DNA from: an uncultured Acidobacteriota bacterium
Lineage (GTDB): Bacteria > Acidobacteriota > Thermoanaerobaculia > UBA5066 > Gp7-AA6
Reading direction: 5' to 3'
NCBI GenBank assembly: GCA_963823185.1
Contig: CAWGKP010000006.1
Span: 215,113 to 279,112 of the forward strand
Length of the DNA: 64,000 bases
Shown: piece by piece, positions 25,094 to 35,240 of the stretch
Layout: each line of letters opens with the position of its first letter
How positions within the stretch are numbered: the stretch's first letter is position 1
Translations under genes and position numbers: made by a program
The notes under the pieces: generated by a model
What the model saw: the letters and a program-made list of their open reading frames with translations, nothing else
Database searches by the model: none
What the model was told of the DNA's origin: nothing

Positions 25094-26473
25094 GTGGGCC
25101 CGCTCGAAAGGGACTCGCTTCCTGTGCTCGCGGAGTCGCTCGATTGCCTGTCGGAAGGTTTCGCCGCGCTCCCGGAGGCCGGCGGCGCGCCGCCCGACGG
25201 CGCAGCCTGGCGCGCGGTGCTCACCGAGGTCGCGAGACGCCTCCGGGACAACTATCCCTACTTCCATCCGCTCTATGCGGGCCAGATGCTGAAGCCGCCG
25301 CATCCGGTCGCGCGCACGGCCTACGCGCTCGCGATGTGGATCAACCCGAACAATCACGCGCTCGACGGCGGCCGTGCGAGCTCGGCGATGGAGAAGGAGG
25401 CCGTGCGGGAGCTCGCGGGCCTCTTCGGCTGGAGCGACTTCCTCGGCCACCTCTGCGGCGGCGGCACGATGGCGAATCTCGAGGCGCTCTGGGCGGCGAG
25501 CCGTCTCTCTCCGGGCGCCGTCCTCGCCTCGGAGCAGGCGCACTACACGCACTCGCGCCTCTCCGGCGTGCTGGGTCTCGCGTTCGAGCCCGTCGCGTGC
25601 GATCGGCGCGGACGCCTCGACGCGCGCGCCCTCGAGGCCCGTCTCGCGCGCGGCGGCGTCGGCACCGTCGTCGCGACCATCGGCACGACGGCGACCGGTT
25701 CGGTCGATCCGCTGCCGGAGATCCTCGCGCTCCGCGCGCGTCACGGCTTCCGCGTCCACGCCGACGCGGCGTACGGCGGCTACTTCGGCCTCCTGGACGA
25801 AGGTAAGGACGGCCTCGCGCCGGAGACGCGCGCGGCGTACGACCGCCTCGGCGAGGCCGACTCGATCGTCATCGATCCGCACAAGCACGGGCTGCAGCCC
25901 TACGGATGCGGCTGCGTCCTGTTCCGCGATCCGTCGGTGGGGCGCCTGTACAAGCACGACTCGCCGTACACGTACTTCACCTCGACCGAGCTCCACCTCG
26001 GCGAGATCAGCCTCGAGTGCTCGCGTCCCGGCGCGAGCGCTGTGGCGCTATGGGCGACGATGCGGTTTCTGCCTCCGGTCCGCGGCGGCGCGTTCGCGCG
26101 GATGCTCGGCGCGGGGCGCGAGGCGGCGCTCGCGCTCCACCGGCGGCTCGGCGAGGGCAAGCGCTTCGTTCCGGCCTTCCGTCCGGAGCTCGACATCGTC
26201 GTCTGGGCGGCGCGGGCTCCGTCGGTGTCCGAATCGTCCGCGCGGGCGCGCGCGATCTTCGACGAAGCGGCGCGTCGCGGGCTGCACCTCGCGCTCGCGG
26301 AGCTGCCCGCGGCGTTCTTCGATTTCGAGGCGCACGGCGTCGCCCGCGACCGCGAGACCGTGACGTGCCTGCGCTCGGTGCTGATGAAGCCCGAGCACGC
26401 GGCCTGGGTGGAGCGGATCGCCGGCCTCCTCGAGGCGAGCGCGGACGCGGCGGGCGGGGGAGGCGGCGCTTGA
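25094..26473 (+). CDS. PLP-dependent group II amino-acid decarboxylase family protein
   Basis: 459 aa. GGGTMANLEALW, HADAAYGG and the PLP-lysine context SIVIDPHKHGLQPYGCG. Confidence 0.85.
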   Translation: MGPLERDSLPVLAESLDCLSEGFAALPEAGGAPPDGAAWRAVLTEVARRLRDNYPYFHPLYAGQMLKPPHPVARTAYALAMWINPNNHALDGGRASSAMEKEAVRELAGLFGWSDFLGHLCGGGTMANLEALWAASRLSPGAVLASEQAHYTHSRLSGVLGLAFEPVACDRRGRLDARALEARLARGGVGTVVATIGTTATGSVDPLPEILALRARHGFRVHADAAYGGYFGLLDEGKDGLAPETRAAYDRLGEADSIVIDPHKHGLQPYGCGCVLFRDPSVGRLYKHDSPYTYFTSTELHLGEISLECSRPGASAVALWATMRFLPPVRGGAFARMLGAGREAALALHRRLGEGKRFVPAFRPELDIVVWAARAPSVSESSARARAIFDEAARRGLHLALAELPAAFFDFEAHGVARDRETVTCLRSVLMKPEHAAWVERIAGLLEASADAAGGGGGA

Positions 26474-26853
26474 TCCGGTGGGGCTGGCGGCCGATTCCGC
26501 TGCTGCTCCTGCTCCTCCTCACCGTCGTCACGGGCGCGCTCGACGTCGTTCGCGAGTGGCCGGACGCGGGGAACACCGGCCAGAAGCTCGCGACGGTCGC
26601 GGAGGCGGGCTACGTCGTGGCGGCCGCCGCGGGCCTCGCGGGGATCGCGGCGCGGCGGACGTGGACGCGGCCCGTCCTCTGGGTCTGGGCGGGATTCACG
26701 ACGGTCACGGCGCTCCTCGCCGCCATGTCCTGGGGCGATGCGGGGCTGTTCGCGGGCCTCGCCGGCGCCGTCGCCTGTGCGGCGCTTTGCGTCGGAGTGA
26801 TCGCACTCGCATTCTCCCGGCCGCGGCGGGAGCGCGCGGGAGACGCCTCGTGA
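26470..26853 (+). CDS. small membrane protein (about 4 TM)
   Basis: C-terminal part of track ORF 25906..26853 (LIRWGWRPIPLLLLLLLTVVTGAL...). TTGA overlaps the decarboxylase stop. Confidence 0.5.
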   Translation: MIRWGWRPIPLLLLLLLTVVTGALDVVREWPDAGNTGQKLATVAEAGYVVAAAAGLAGIAARRTWTRPVLWVWAGFTTVTALLAAMSWGDAGLFAGLAGAVACAALCVGVIALAFSRPRRERAGDAS

Positions 26854-27338
26854 ATGCCGGCGCCGATTCCGTGCGGGTCCGGCCCGCGCGCGCCGGGGAC
26901 CGCGCCTTCGTCCTCGAGACCGCGCCGCGCCTCGCGGCGTTCGGTCCGCCCGAGTGGCGCACGCCCGACGAGGTCGTCGAGGGGGAGGCGCGGACGCTGC
27001 GCGCCTTCTTCGAGCACCCGCCGGACGGCGCCGCGCTCCTCGTCGCCGAGACGGGGGCTCTCGGACCCGCCGGGTTCGCGTACCTCGAGACGCTCCGCGA
27101 CTACTTCACCGGGGAGGCGCACGCGCACGTCGGGATCCTGGCTGTCTCGGAGCATGCCGAGGGCCGCGGCGTCGGAAGCGCGCTCCTCGCCGCCGCGGAG
27201 GACTGGGCGAGAGGGCGCGGCGCGCGCCGGCTGACGTTGAACGTCTTCGAAGGCAACCGCCGCGCCCGCGCGCTCTACGAACGCCGCGGCTTCCTTCCCG
27301 AGAGCCTGCGCTACGTGCGGCGGCTCGAGAGGTCATGA
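26850..27338 (+). CDS. GNAT family N-acetyltransferase
   Basis: HVGILAVSEHAEGRGVGSALLAAAEDWARGRGARRLTLNVFEGNRRARALYERRGF (acetyl-CoA binding motif A). GTGA overlap. Confidence 0.85.
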   Translation: MNAGADSVRVRPARAGDRAFVLETAPRLAAFGPPEWRTPDEVVEGEARTLRAFFEHPPDGAALLVAETGALGPAGFAYLETLRDYFTGEAHAHVGILAVSEHAEGRGVGSALLAAAEDWARGRGARRLTLNVFEGNRRARALYERRGFLPESLRYVRRLERS

Positions 27339-27874
27339 GCTCCGCCGCCGCGATTCCGCCGCCCGCGGAACGGCCCGTCGCCGTGACGGTGATCGGCTGG
27401 GTCTGGATCATCTACGGCATCCTGAAGCTCATCGGCGGCGTGTGGGCGCTCGCCGCCTGGAGATTCGGCGGCCTGCGCGACGTCTTCGCCGGTCCGGGAT
27501 TCCCGACGGCGTTGCCGACGCGGATCCTGCAGAACGCGTTCGGGCATCTCGCGCTGGGGCTCGCCGCGCAGGTCGTCTTCGCGGGCTCCGTCGTGATCGC
27601 CGCGGCGGCGCTCCTGCGGTTGCGGTCCTGGGCGCGGAGCGCGATCGAAGTCCTGTGCTGGTTCTCGCTCTGTTACGTCGTGACGTTCACGCTGGGATGG
27701 ATCTGGCTCTGGCGGCGCGCGTCGGTCGGGGCCGCGCGCCCGGCCTCTTTTCGATTCATCGGGCTCACCGTCGCCATCGGCGCGGCGATCGTGCTCGGCC
27801 TGGCGTTCGTTTCGATGATCCGCGCGCTGCGAAGCGACGAGGTGCGGCGCGCCTTTCGAGGAGGGTCCGCATGA
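27335..27874 (+). CDS. membrane protein (4 TM)
   Basis: C-terminal part of track ORF 26954..27874 (MSSAAAIPPPAERPVAVTVIGWVWIIYGILKLIGGVWALAAW...). ATGA overlap. Confidence 0.65.
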   Translation: MSSAAAIPPPAERPVAVTVIGWVWIIYGILKLIGGVWALAAWRFGGLRDVFAGPGFPTALPTRILQNAFGHLALGLAAQVVFAGSVVIAAAALLRLRSWARSAIEVLCWFSLCYVVTFTLGWIWLWRRASVGAARPASFRFIGLTVAIGAAIVLGLAFVSMIRALRSDEVRRAFRGGSA

Positions 27875-28260
27875 CGATGCTGCTCGGTTTTCTGGCTCTC
27901 GCCGCCGCGTCCGACGCGCAGATTCCCTGGAGTCCGCCGCGCGCGATCTTCGTGAACGTGGTCAACCGCGATCTCGCGCCGGTGCCGGGGGCGACCGTCT
28001 CCCTCCGTCGGCCGGAGAGCCCCGAGGGGGAGCCGGTGAAATCCATGGCCTCGAGCATCGGAGGTCGCGTCGAGTTCCGGGAATTGCCGGCCGGTTCCTA
28101 CCTCGTGAGGATCGAGCAGCCGGGATACGTCGTCATGACGCTCGGACCGGTGCCCATCGACGAGAAGACGCCTCCGAGCGTCCGGGTGGCCCAGATCCTC
28201 GCGGTATTGAACCCGATGATGCGGTTCGACGAGGGGTCCTCGGGAGCCAAACCGAACTAG
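27871..28260 (+). CDS. secreted carboxypeptidase-regulatory-like (CarboxypepD_reg) domain protein
   Basis: Signal peptide MTMLLGFLALAAASDAQ, then VVNRDLAPVPGATVSL...GGRVEFRELPAGSYLVRIEQPGY. ATGA overlap. Confidence 0.6.
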   Translation: MTMLLGFLALAAASDAQIPWSPPRAIFVNVVNRDLAPVPGATVSLRRPESPEGEPVKSMASSIGGRVEFRELPAGSYLVRIEQPGYVVMTLGPVPIDEKTPPSVRVAQILAVLNPMMRFDEGSSGAKPN

Positions 28261-28269
28261 GATCCGCCT

Positions 28270-29901
28270 ATTCGCAAGCCCTCCTACTCCCACGGCGCGA
28301 GCGCGGTTCCGCTGCTCGGCGAGACCATCGGGGAAAATCTGCGCCGCACGGTCGAGCGCTTCGGCTCGAGGGAGGCGCTCGTCGTGCGCTCCCAGGGCTA
28401 TCGCGCGACGTACCGGGAGCTGTGGGACCAGGTCGGCGCGGCGGCGAGGGGCCTGCTCGCGCACGGGGTCGCTCGCGGCGACCGCGTCGGGATCTGGGCG
28501 CCGAACCGCTTCGAGTGGGTCGTCCTCCAGTACGCCACGGCGCGCCTCGGCGCGATCCTCGTCAACATCAATCCCGCCTACAAGACGAACGAGCTCGAGT
28601 ACGCGCTCGTCCAGTCGGGCGTGTCGCTGGTCGTCCTCTCGAGCGGATTCCGCCAGTCGGACTACGTCGCGATGCTCTCGGAGGTGCGCGGGCGCTGCCC
28701 TAACCTGCGCGAGGCGCTCGTCCTCGAAGACGACTGGGACAGACTCCTCCACGACGGCCGCCCCGTGCCGGAGGAAGACCTGACGCGCCGCGAGACCGAG
28801 CTGCAGTTCGACGACGCCATCAACATCCAGTACACCTCGGGCACGACGGGACGACCCAAGGGCGCGACGCTCTCACACCACAACATCCTCAACAACGGAT
28901 TCTTCACGGGGGAGACGCTCCTCCTGACGGAGCGCGATCGGATCTGCATCCCCGTGCCCTTCTACCACTGCTTCGGAATGGTGCTCGGCAATCTGGCCTG
29001 CACGACGCACGGCGCGTGCATGGTGATTTCGGGCGAAGCGTTCGATGCGCTCGCGGTGCTCGAGACGGTCGCCGCGGAGCGCTGCACGGCGCTCTACGGC
29101 GTGCCGACGATGTTCATCGCGGAGCTCGATCATCCGCGATTCGCGGAGTTCGATCTGTCGAGCCTGAGAACCGGGATCATGGCGGGCGCGCCCTGTCCCG
29201 TCGAGGTGATGAAGAAGGTCCAGGAACGCATGCACATGTCGCAGGTCACGATCGGCTGCGGCATGACCGAGACGTCGCCGCTCTCGACGCAGACGACGGT
29301 GGACGACCCGGTGGACAAGCGCGTCGAGACGGTCGGGCGGGTGCTCCCGCACGTCGAGGTGAAGGTCGTGGACCCGGCGTCGGGCGCGGTCGTTGCCCGC
29401 GGCGTCCCCGGCGAGCAGTGCACGCGTGGCTACGGGGTCATGCTCGGCTACTGGAACAACCCCGAGGCGACCGCGAAGGCGATCGACGCCGCGGGATGGA
29501 TGCACAGCGGCGATCTCGCGACGATGGACGACGAGGGATACGTCCGCATCGTGGGGCGCCTGAAGGACATGATCATCCGCGGCGGCGAGAACGTCTATCC
29601 GCGCGAGATCGAGGAGTTCCTCTATTCCGTGCCGGGTGTTTCGGACGCCCAGGTCATCGGCGTGCCCGACGAAAAGTACGGCGAAGAGGTCATGGCGTGG
29701 ATCCGCGCGAAGGAGGGCGTCGCCCTGACCGAAGAGACTCTCGCCGCCGCCTGCCGCGGAAGGATCGCGACGTTCAAGATCCCGCGGTACTGGAAGTTCG
29801 TCGACGCCTTTCCGATGACGGTCACGGGGAAGATCCAGAAGTTCCGGATGCGCGAGATCGCCGTCGAGGAGCTTCGCCTCGCGCCCGCCGGCAAGAAGTA
29901 G
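28270..29901 (+). CDS. AMP-dependent acyl-CoA synthetase/ligase
   Basis: [15 protein letters not shown] motif plus the conserved N-terminus [29 protein letters not shown]. No canonical start precedes that N-terminus (in-frame TAG at 28258), so 28270 is an ATT codon. The track start, GTG 28384, would delete about 40 conserved residues. Confidence 0.8.
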   Translation: MRKPSYSHGASAVPLLGETIGENLRRTVERFGSREALVVRSQGYRATYRELWDQVGAAARGLLAHGVARGDRVGIWAPNRFEWVVLQYATARLGAILVNINPAYKTNELEYALVQSGVSLVVLSSGFRQSDYVAMLSEVRGRCPNLREALVLEDDWDRLLHDGRPVPEEDLTRRETELQFDDAINIQYTSGTTGRPKGATLSHHNILNNGFFTGETLLLTERDRICIPVPFYHCFGMVLGNLACTTHGACMVISGEAFDALAVLETVAAERCTALYGVPTMFIAELDHPRFAEFDLSSLRTGIMAGAPCPVEVMKKVQERMHMSQVTIGCGMTETSPLSTQTTVDDPVDKRVETVGRVLPHVEVKVVDPASGAVVARGVPGEQCTRGYGVMLGYWNNPEATAKAIDAAGWMHSGDLATMDDEGYVRIVGRLKDMIIRGGENVYPREIEEFLYSVPGVSDAQVIGVPDEKYGEEVMAWIRAKEGVALTEETLAAACRGRIATFKIPRYWKFVDAFPMTVTGKIQKFRMREIAVEELRLAPAGKK

Positions 29902-29917
29902 GCGCTCCGAGCGCGCG

Positions 29918-30700
29918 GTGCCGTTTCTCGATCTCGGGGACCATCGCGTCGAGTACGCCTGGCACGGGCCACGGCCCGGCGACGCGCCGACGCTCGTCTT
30001 CCTCCACGAGGGCCTGGGCTCGATCGCCGCGTGGCGCGACTTCCCGGCACGGCTGGCGGAGGCGTCGGGCTGCGGCGCGCTCGTCTGGAGCCGGCGCGGG
30101 TACGGCGGCTCCGATCCGGCGCCGCGGCCGTGGCCGATCGAGTTCATGCACCGCGAGGCGCGCGCCGCGCTTCCGGCGGTCCTCGACCGGCTGGAGGTGC
30201 GCGCGGCCGTCCTCGTCGGGCACAGCGACGGCGCCTCGATCGCCTTGATCCACGCCGGCGACGCGGGCGCGACGCCGCGCGTCCGGGGGCTGCTCCTCGA
30301 AGCGCCGCACGTCTTCGTGGAGGACGTCTGCATCCGTCAGATCGAGCGCGCCGTCGCGGACTACGAGTCGGGCGACCTGCGGCGGTCGCTCTCCCGCGTC
30401 CACGCGGACGCCGATGCGACCTTCGGGGCCTGGAGCGGCGTCTGGCTCGATCCCGCCTTCCGCGCCTGGAACATCGCGGAGAGCCTGCCGCGCGTGGCGG
30501 TCCCCGTCCTCGCCATCCAGGGGAACGACGACCCGTACGGAACGCTGCGACAGGTCGAAACGGCCGCGGCGTCCGGCGGCGGATTCGTCGAGGTCCTCGT
30601 GCTGTCGGGCTGCGGGCACGCGCCGCACCGGGAGCGGCCGGAGCGCACGCTCGCTTCCATGGCGTCCTTTCTGCGAAACGAGATTCTCGGGAGGTCGTGA
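29918..30700 (+). CDS. alpha/beta hydrolase
   Basis: 260 aa. Nucleophile elbow VGHSDGAS, HEGLGS oxyanion region, C-terminal GCGHAPH. Confidence 0.85.
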   Translation: MPFLDLGDHRVEYAWHGPRPGDAPTLVFLHEGLGSIAAWRDFPARLAEASGCGALVWSRRGYGGSDPAPRPWPIEFMHREARAALPAVLDRLEVRAAVLVGHSDGASIALIHAGDAGATPRVRGLLLEAPHVFVEDVCIRQIERAVADYESGDLRRSLSRVHADADATFGAWSGVWLDPAFRAWNIAESLPRVAVPVLAIQGNDDPYGTLRQVETAAASGGGFVEVLVLSGCGHAPHRERPERTLASMASFLRNEILGRS

Positions 30701-31119
30701 TGGCGAAGCTCACCCCGGAGGAGATCCAGCGGTTCTTCGAGCGCGAAGGCCTGGACGGCGGCGGATCGATGCGGGTCGAGGAGGTCGGGAACCTCACGGC
30801 GCGGCTGCGGTTGAAGGCCATGCCGCGCGACCTGCGGCCGGGCGGCACCGTCTCCGGCGCGTCGATGATGGCGCTCGCGGATCTCGCGATCTACGCGGCG
30901 TTGCTCGGCGAGATCGGGCTCGTACCGCTCGCCGTCACGACGAGCCTGACGATCAACTTCCTGCGAAAGCCGCCGCTCGCCGACGTGCTCGCGGAGGCGC
31001 GGCTGCTGAAAGTCGGCAAGGCGCTCGCCTTCGGCGAGATCCTGCTCCGCTCGGAGGGGGAGCCGAAGCTCGTCGCTCACTGCACGAGCACGTACTCGAT
31101 TCCGCCCGGTGAACGGTAG
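30700..31119 (+). CDS. PaaI-family hotdog thioesterase
   Basis: MAKLTPEEIQRFF...GGTVSGASMMALADLAIYAAL...GKALAFGE. TGATG junction with the upstream gene. Confidence 0.8.
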   Translation: MAKLTPEEIQRFFEREGLDGGGSMRVEEVGNLTARLRLKAMPRDLRPGGTVSGASMMALADLAIYAALLGEIGLVPLAVTTSLTINFLRKPPLADVLAEARLLKVGKALAFGEILLRSEGEPKLVAHCTSTYSIPPGER

Positions 31120-31193
31120 TCCGGTAGTCCGGTGACCGCCGCCGTGTGCTTCGGCCCGGGTGTATGTTCGCCGCCGCTGCTGGAGGTGATTCC

Positions 31194-34100
31194 GTGAGAC
31201 GAAGGATCCTTCTCGCGTCGTCCGTGGCTCTGGCCGCCCTTTGCGCCTCCGCCTCCGCCGCCCCGGACGATCCGTACCCGTACTTCGCGGGGATGCACTG
31301 GCGGATGATCGGACCCTTCCGCGGAGGCCGCACGGTCGCCGCCGCCGGCGTGCGCGGCAAGCCCAATCTCTTCTACGTCGGTGTCAACAACGGCGGCGTC
31401 TGGAAGACCGACGACGCCGGCCGCACCTGGACGCCGATCTTCGACGGCCAGCCGACGCAGTCGATCGGCGCGCTCGCGGTCGCGCCGTCGGACCCGAACG
31501 TCCTCTACGTCGGCAGCGGCGAGGGATTACAGCGGCCGGACCTCTCGGTCGGTGACGGCATGTACAAGTCGACCGACGGCGGGAAGACGTGGAAGCACCT
31601 CGGCCTCACCGATGGCCGCCAGATCGGCGCGATCCTCGTCGATCCCGGCGACGCGAACCGTCTCTTCGTCGCCGTGCTCGGGCACCCGTACGGCCCGAAC
31701 GCGGAGCGCGGCGTGTACCGCTCGACGGACGGCGGCACGACGTTCGAGAAGGTCCTCTATCGCGACGCGGACACGGGCGCGATCGACCTCGCGTTCGATC
31801 CCGCGAACTCCCGCACGGTCTATGCGGTGCTCTGGGCCGCGCGCCAGGGGCCGTGGGAGTACGACAACTCGTACAGCGGGCCGGGCAGCGGGCTCTTCCG
31901 CTCGACCGACGGCGGGACGACGTGGCAGCCGATCGGCCAGGGGCTTCCGACCGCGGCGGAAGGGCTCGCGCGCATGGGCATCGGCGTCGCGCCCTCCGAC
32001 GGGCGGCGCATCTACGCGCTCGTCGAGGCGCCGGCGGGCCGCGGCGGGCTCTACCGTTCCGACGACGCGGGAGTCACCTTCACACGCGTCAACCCCGACC
32101 AGCGCATCTGGGGGCGCGGCGACGACTTCGCCTGCGTGCGCGTCCACCCGAAGAATCCCGACGTGCTCTATGTCGCGAACATCGCCGCCTACCGCTCGAA
32201 TGACGGCGGCCGCACGTTCACGGCGTTCAAGGGCGCGCCGGGCGGCGACGACTACCACACGATCTGGCTGAACCCCGACGACCCGGACGTGATCCTCATG
32301 GCCGTCGATCAGGGCGCCACGGTGTCGGTCAACGGCGGCCGCACCTGGAGCTCCTGGTACAACCAGCCGACCGGCCAGATGTTCCACGTCGCCGCCGACA
32401 ACCGCTTTCCGTACTGGGTGTACGGCGGGCAGCAGGAGTCGGGCTCGGCCGGCGTCGCGTCGCGCGGCAACGACGGACAGATCACGTTCCGCGAGTGGCA
32501 TCCGGTCGGCGTCGAGGAGTACGGGTATGCGGCGCCCGATCCGCTCCACCCCGGAATCATCTACGGCGGCAAGGTCACGCGGTACGACGAGAAGACGGGG
32601 ATGACGCAGGAAGTCGGGCCGGTCGTGCTGCGCACCGGCAAGTATCGGTTCGTGCGCACCGCGCCGATCCTCTTCTCGCCGACGGACCCGCGCGTCCTCT
32701 ACTTCGGGCTGAACGTCCTCTTCAAGACGGCGAACGGGGGGCAGAGCTGGGACGTCATCAGCCCCGACCTCACGCGCGAGGCCCCGGGCGTGCCGGCCAA
32801 TCTCGGCATCTACGCGGACAGGGCGAAGGCGCCGCGCGGCGTCATCTACGCGATCGGGCCGTCGCCGAAGGACGGCGACACGATCTGGGCCGGCACCGAC
32901 GACGGCCTCGTGCAGGTCACGCGCGACGGCGGGCGGAGCTGGAAGAACGTCACGCCGCCCGAGATGACCGCGTGGAGCAAGGTGACGCAGATCGACGCGT
33001 CGCACTTCGACGCGGGGACGGCGTACGTCTCCGTGTCGCGCTTCCGCCTGGACGACCTGACGCCGTACGTCTACCGGACGAAGGACGGCGGTGCTTCCTG
33101 GAAGCGGATCACCGCCGGCCTTCCCGGCGACGCGCCCGTCAACGTCGTGCGGGAGGATCCCGAGCGTCCGGGACTCCTGTTCGCCGGGACGGAGAAAGGC
33201 GTTTCGGTCTCTTTCGACGACGGCGAGGCGTGGCAGTCGCTCCGCGGCAATCTGCCGGCGTCGTCGGTGCGCGACCTCATCGTCAAGGACGGCGACCTCG
33301 TCGTCGCGACGCACGGGCGCTCGTTCTGGATCCTCGACGACATCTCGCGGCTGCGGCAGTGGACGGGGGAGGCCGCGCCGGGCGGCGTCCGGCTCTTCCG
33401 CCCGCGGCGCGCGTATCGTCTGCGGCGCAACCTGAACACCGACACGCCGCTCCCGCCCGAGGAGCCGGCGGGCGAGAACCCGCCGGACGGCGCGATCCTC
33501 GACTACCGCCTCGCGGCGGCCTCCGTTTCGCCCGTGACGCTCGAGGTCAAGGACGCCGCGGGACACGTCGTGCGCCGCTTCTCGAGCGCCGACGCTCCGA
33601 AACCGCCCGACGCGAACGCCTATCCCGTTCCGGCGTACTGGTTCGAGACGCCGGCGACGCTCTCGGCGGCGGCCGGCGCGCACCGCTTCGCCTGGGACCT
33701 GCGCGAGGAGAGCCCCGCGGCGCTGCGCCGTTCCTTCCCGATCTCCGCCATCGCCGGCGACACGCCGCTCGTGCCCGAGGGCCCGCTCGTTCCGCCGGGC
33801 GCGTACACGGTGACGCTGACGGCGGGCGGCGTTTCCTCGACGCAGACGCTCGCGGTCGAGATGGACCCGCGCGTCGCCGCGACGGCCTCGGATCTCGCGA
33901 AGCAGTCCGAGGCGGCGCGCGCCGTCACGGCGGCGCTCGCTCAGGATGCCCCGGCGCTCGACGCGGTGCGCGTCGCGCGCGCGAAGCTCGCGAAGGCGAG
34001 GCCGTCCGAGAAGACGGCGGCCCTCGACGCGGCGCTCAAGGATCTGGAGGACGGCAAGGAAGCGGCCGGCGGCGATCTCTCGAGCGAGGGATTCCGCCGC

Positions 34101-34253
34101 CTGAACGGGCGGCTCGTGACGCTCCTCGAGGTGATCGAGAGCGCCGACGCCGCGCCGACCGACCAGGCTTCGGCCGCGCTCGCCGAGACGCAGCGCGTGC
34201 TCGCGGACAAGCTCGCGCGCTGGAAGTCGCTGCAGGCGAGCCTGCGCGGTTGA
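31194..34253 (+). CDS. BNR/sortilin (VPS10)-like repeat exoprotein (intact paralogue)
   Basis: GGAGG-N7-GTG, signal peptide RRRILLASSVALAALCASASA, and repeated TDDAGRTW, STDGGKTW, STDGGTTF, STDGGTTW, SNDGGRTF, VNGGRTW, ANGGQSW, TRDGGRSW, TKDGGASW motifs. Collinear with 9874..13198. Confidence 0.88.
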   Translation: MRRRILLASSVALAALCASASAAPDDPYPYFAGMHWRMIGPFRGGRTVAAAGVRGKPNLFYVGVNNGGVWKTDDAGRTWTPIFDGQPTQSIGALAVAPSDPNVLYVGSGEGLQRPDLSVGDGMYKSTDGGKTWKHLGLTDGRQIGAILVDPGDANRLFVAVLGHPYGPNAERGVYRSTDGGTTFEKVLYRDADTGAIDLAFDPANSRTVYAVLWAARQGPWEYDNSYSGPGSGLFRSTDGGTTWQPIGQGLPTAAEGLARMGIGVAPSDGRRIYALVEAPAGRGGLYRSDDAGVTFTRVNPDQRIWGRGDDFACVRVHPKNPDVLYVANIAAYRSNDGGRTFTAFKGAPGGDDYHTIWLNPDDPDVILMAVDQGATVSVNGGRTWSSWYNQPTGQMFHVAADNRFPYWVYGGQQESGSAGVASRGNDGQITFREWHPVGVEEYGYAAPDPLHPGIIYGGKVTRYDEKTGMTQEVGPVVLRTGKYRFVRTAPILFSPTDPRVLYFGLNVLFKTANGGQSWDVISPDLTREAPGVPANLGIYADRAKAPRGVIYAIGPSPKDGDTIWAGTDDGLVQVTRDGGRSWKNVTPPEMTAWSKVTQIDASHFDAGTAYVSVSRFRLDDLTPYVYRTKDGGASWKRITAGLPGDAPVNVVREDPERPGLLFAGTEKGVSVSFDDGEAWQSLRGNLPASSVRDLIVKDGDLVVATHGRSFWILDDISRLRQWTGEAAPGGVRLFRPRRAYRLRRNLNTDTPLPPEEPAGENPPDGAILDYRLAAASVSPVTLEVKDAAGHVVRRFSSADAPKPPDANAYPVPAYWFETPATLSAAAGAHRFAWDLREESPAALRRSFPISAIAGDTPLVPEGPLVPPGAYTVTLTAGGVSSTQTLAVEMDPRVAATASDLAKQSEAARAVTAALAQDAPALDAVRVARAKLAKARPSEKTAALDAALKDLEDGKEAAGGDLSSEGFRRLNGRLVTLLEVIESADAAPTDQASAALAETQRVLADKLARWKSLQASLRG

Positions 34254-35236
34254 TCGCGGCGGCCCTCCTCGCAGCGGCCGCGGCCGCCGCGCGCCCGTTG
34301 CCGGACGAGATCGCGAAGATCGCGGCGTCGGCGGGCGGCACCGTCGGCGTCGCCGCCGTCGCAGTCGAGACGGGCGAGCGGTTCGCGCTCCGCGGCGGCG
34401 AGCGCTTCCCGATGATGAGCGTCTACAAGCTTCCGATCGCGCTGACGCTCCTTCATGAAGTCGAGACGGGCCGGCTGTCGCTCGAAAAGCCGGTCGTGAT
34501 CCGGCCGTCGGACCTGCGACTCGGCAACAGCCCGCTCGCCGAGCGATATCCCGAGGGCGAGGTGACGCAGACGCTCGCCGAGCTCCTCGAGGAGACGCTC
34601 GTGGACAGCGACAACACCGCCTCCGATCTCCTGCTGCGCGAGGCCGGCGGCGCGGCGGCGGTGACCGCGCGGCTGCGCGCGCTCGGCGTCGAAGGCATTC
34701 GCGTGGATCGCCCCGAAGCCTGGCTCGCGCTCGACGGCGCCGGGATCCGCAACGCGCCGCCCGAGGCGGAGTGGACGCTGCCCGCGCTGCGCCGTCTCTT
34801 CGACGCGCAGGCGCCGGCCGAGCGGGTGAAGGCGATGCATGCCTTCGTCGAGGACCCGCGCGACACGGCGACTCCCGACGCCATGGCGGATCTGCTCGTG
34901 CTCGTGGCCCGCGGAAAGGCGGTCGACGCCTCGAACACGGCGCGGATCATCAATCTCATGGCGCGGACGAAGCCCGGCGGCGCCCGGATCAAGAGGAGGT
35001 TGCCCGACGGGACGCCCGTCGTGCACCGGACGGGCCTCTCGATGGCGGTCGAAGGATTCACGGGCGCGGTCAACGACGTCGGCCTCGTCACGCCCGTGGA
35101 CGGCGGCCGCTTCGCGATTGCCGTCCTCGTCAAAGGCTGCCGCCGTCCCGTGCCCGATGTGGAGGACGCGATCGCCCGGATCGCCCGCGCCGCGTACGAC
35201 TTCTTCGCGGCGCCGCAAACGGCCTCGCCGCGCTGA
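34250..35236 (+). CDS. class A beta-lactamase-like serine hydrolase
   Basis: C-terminal part of track ORF 32495..35236. Motifs S-V-Y-K, S-D-N (VDSDNTASD) and H-R-T-G in place of KTG. TTGA overlap. Confidence 0.75.
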   Translation: MIAAALLAAAAAAARPLPDEIAKIAASAGGTVGVAAVAVETGERFALRGGERFPMMSVYKLPIALTLLHEVETGRLSLEKPVVIRPSDLRLGNSPLAERYPEGEVTQTLAELLEETLVDSDNTASDLLLREAGGAAAVTARLRALGVEGIRVDRPEAWLALDGAGIRNAPPEAEWTLPALRRLFDAQAPAERVKAMHAFVEDPRDTATPDAMADLLVLVARGKAVDASNTARIINLMARTKPGGARIKRRLPDGTPVVHRTGLSMAVEGFTGAVNDVGLVTPVDGGRFAIAVLVKGCRRPVPDVEDAIARIARAAYDFFAAPQTASPR

Positions 35237-35240
35237 CGCC

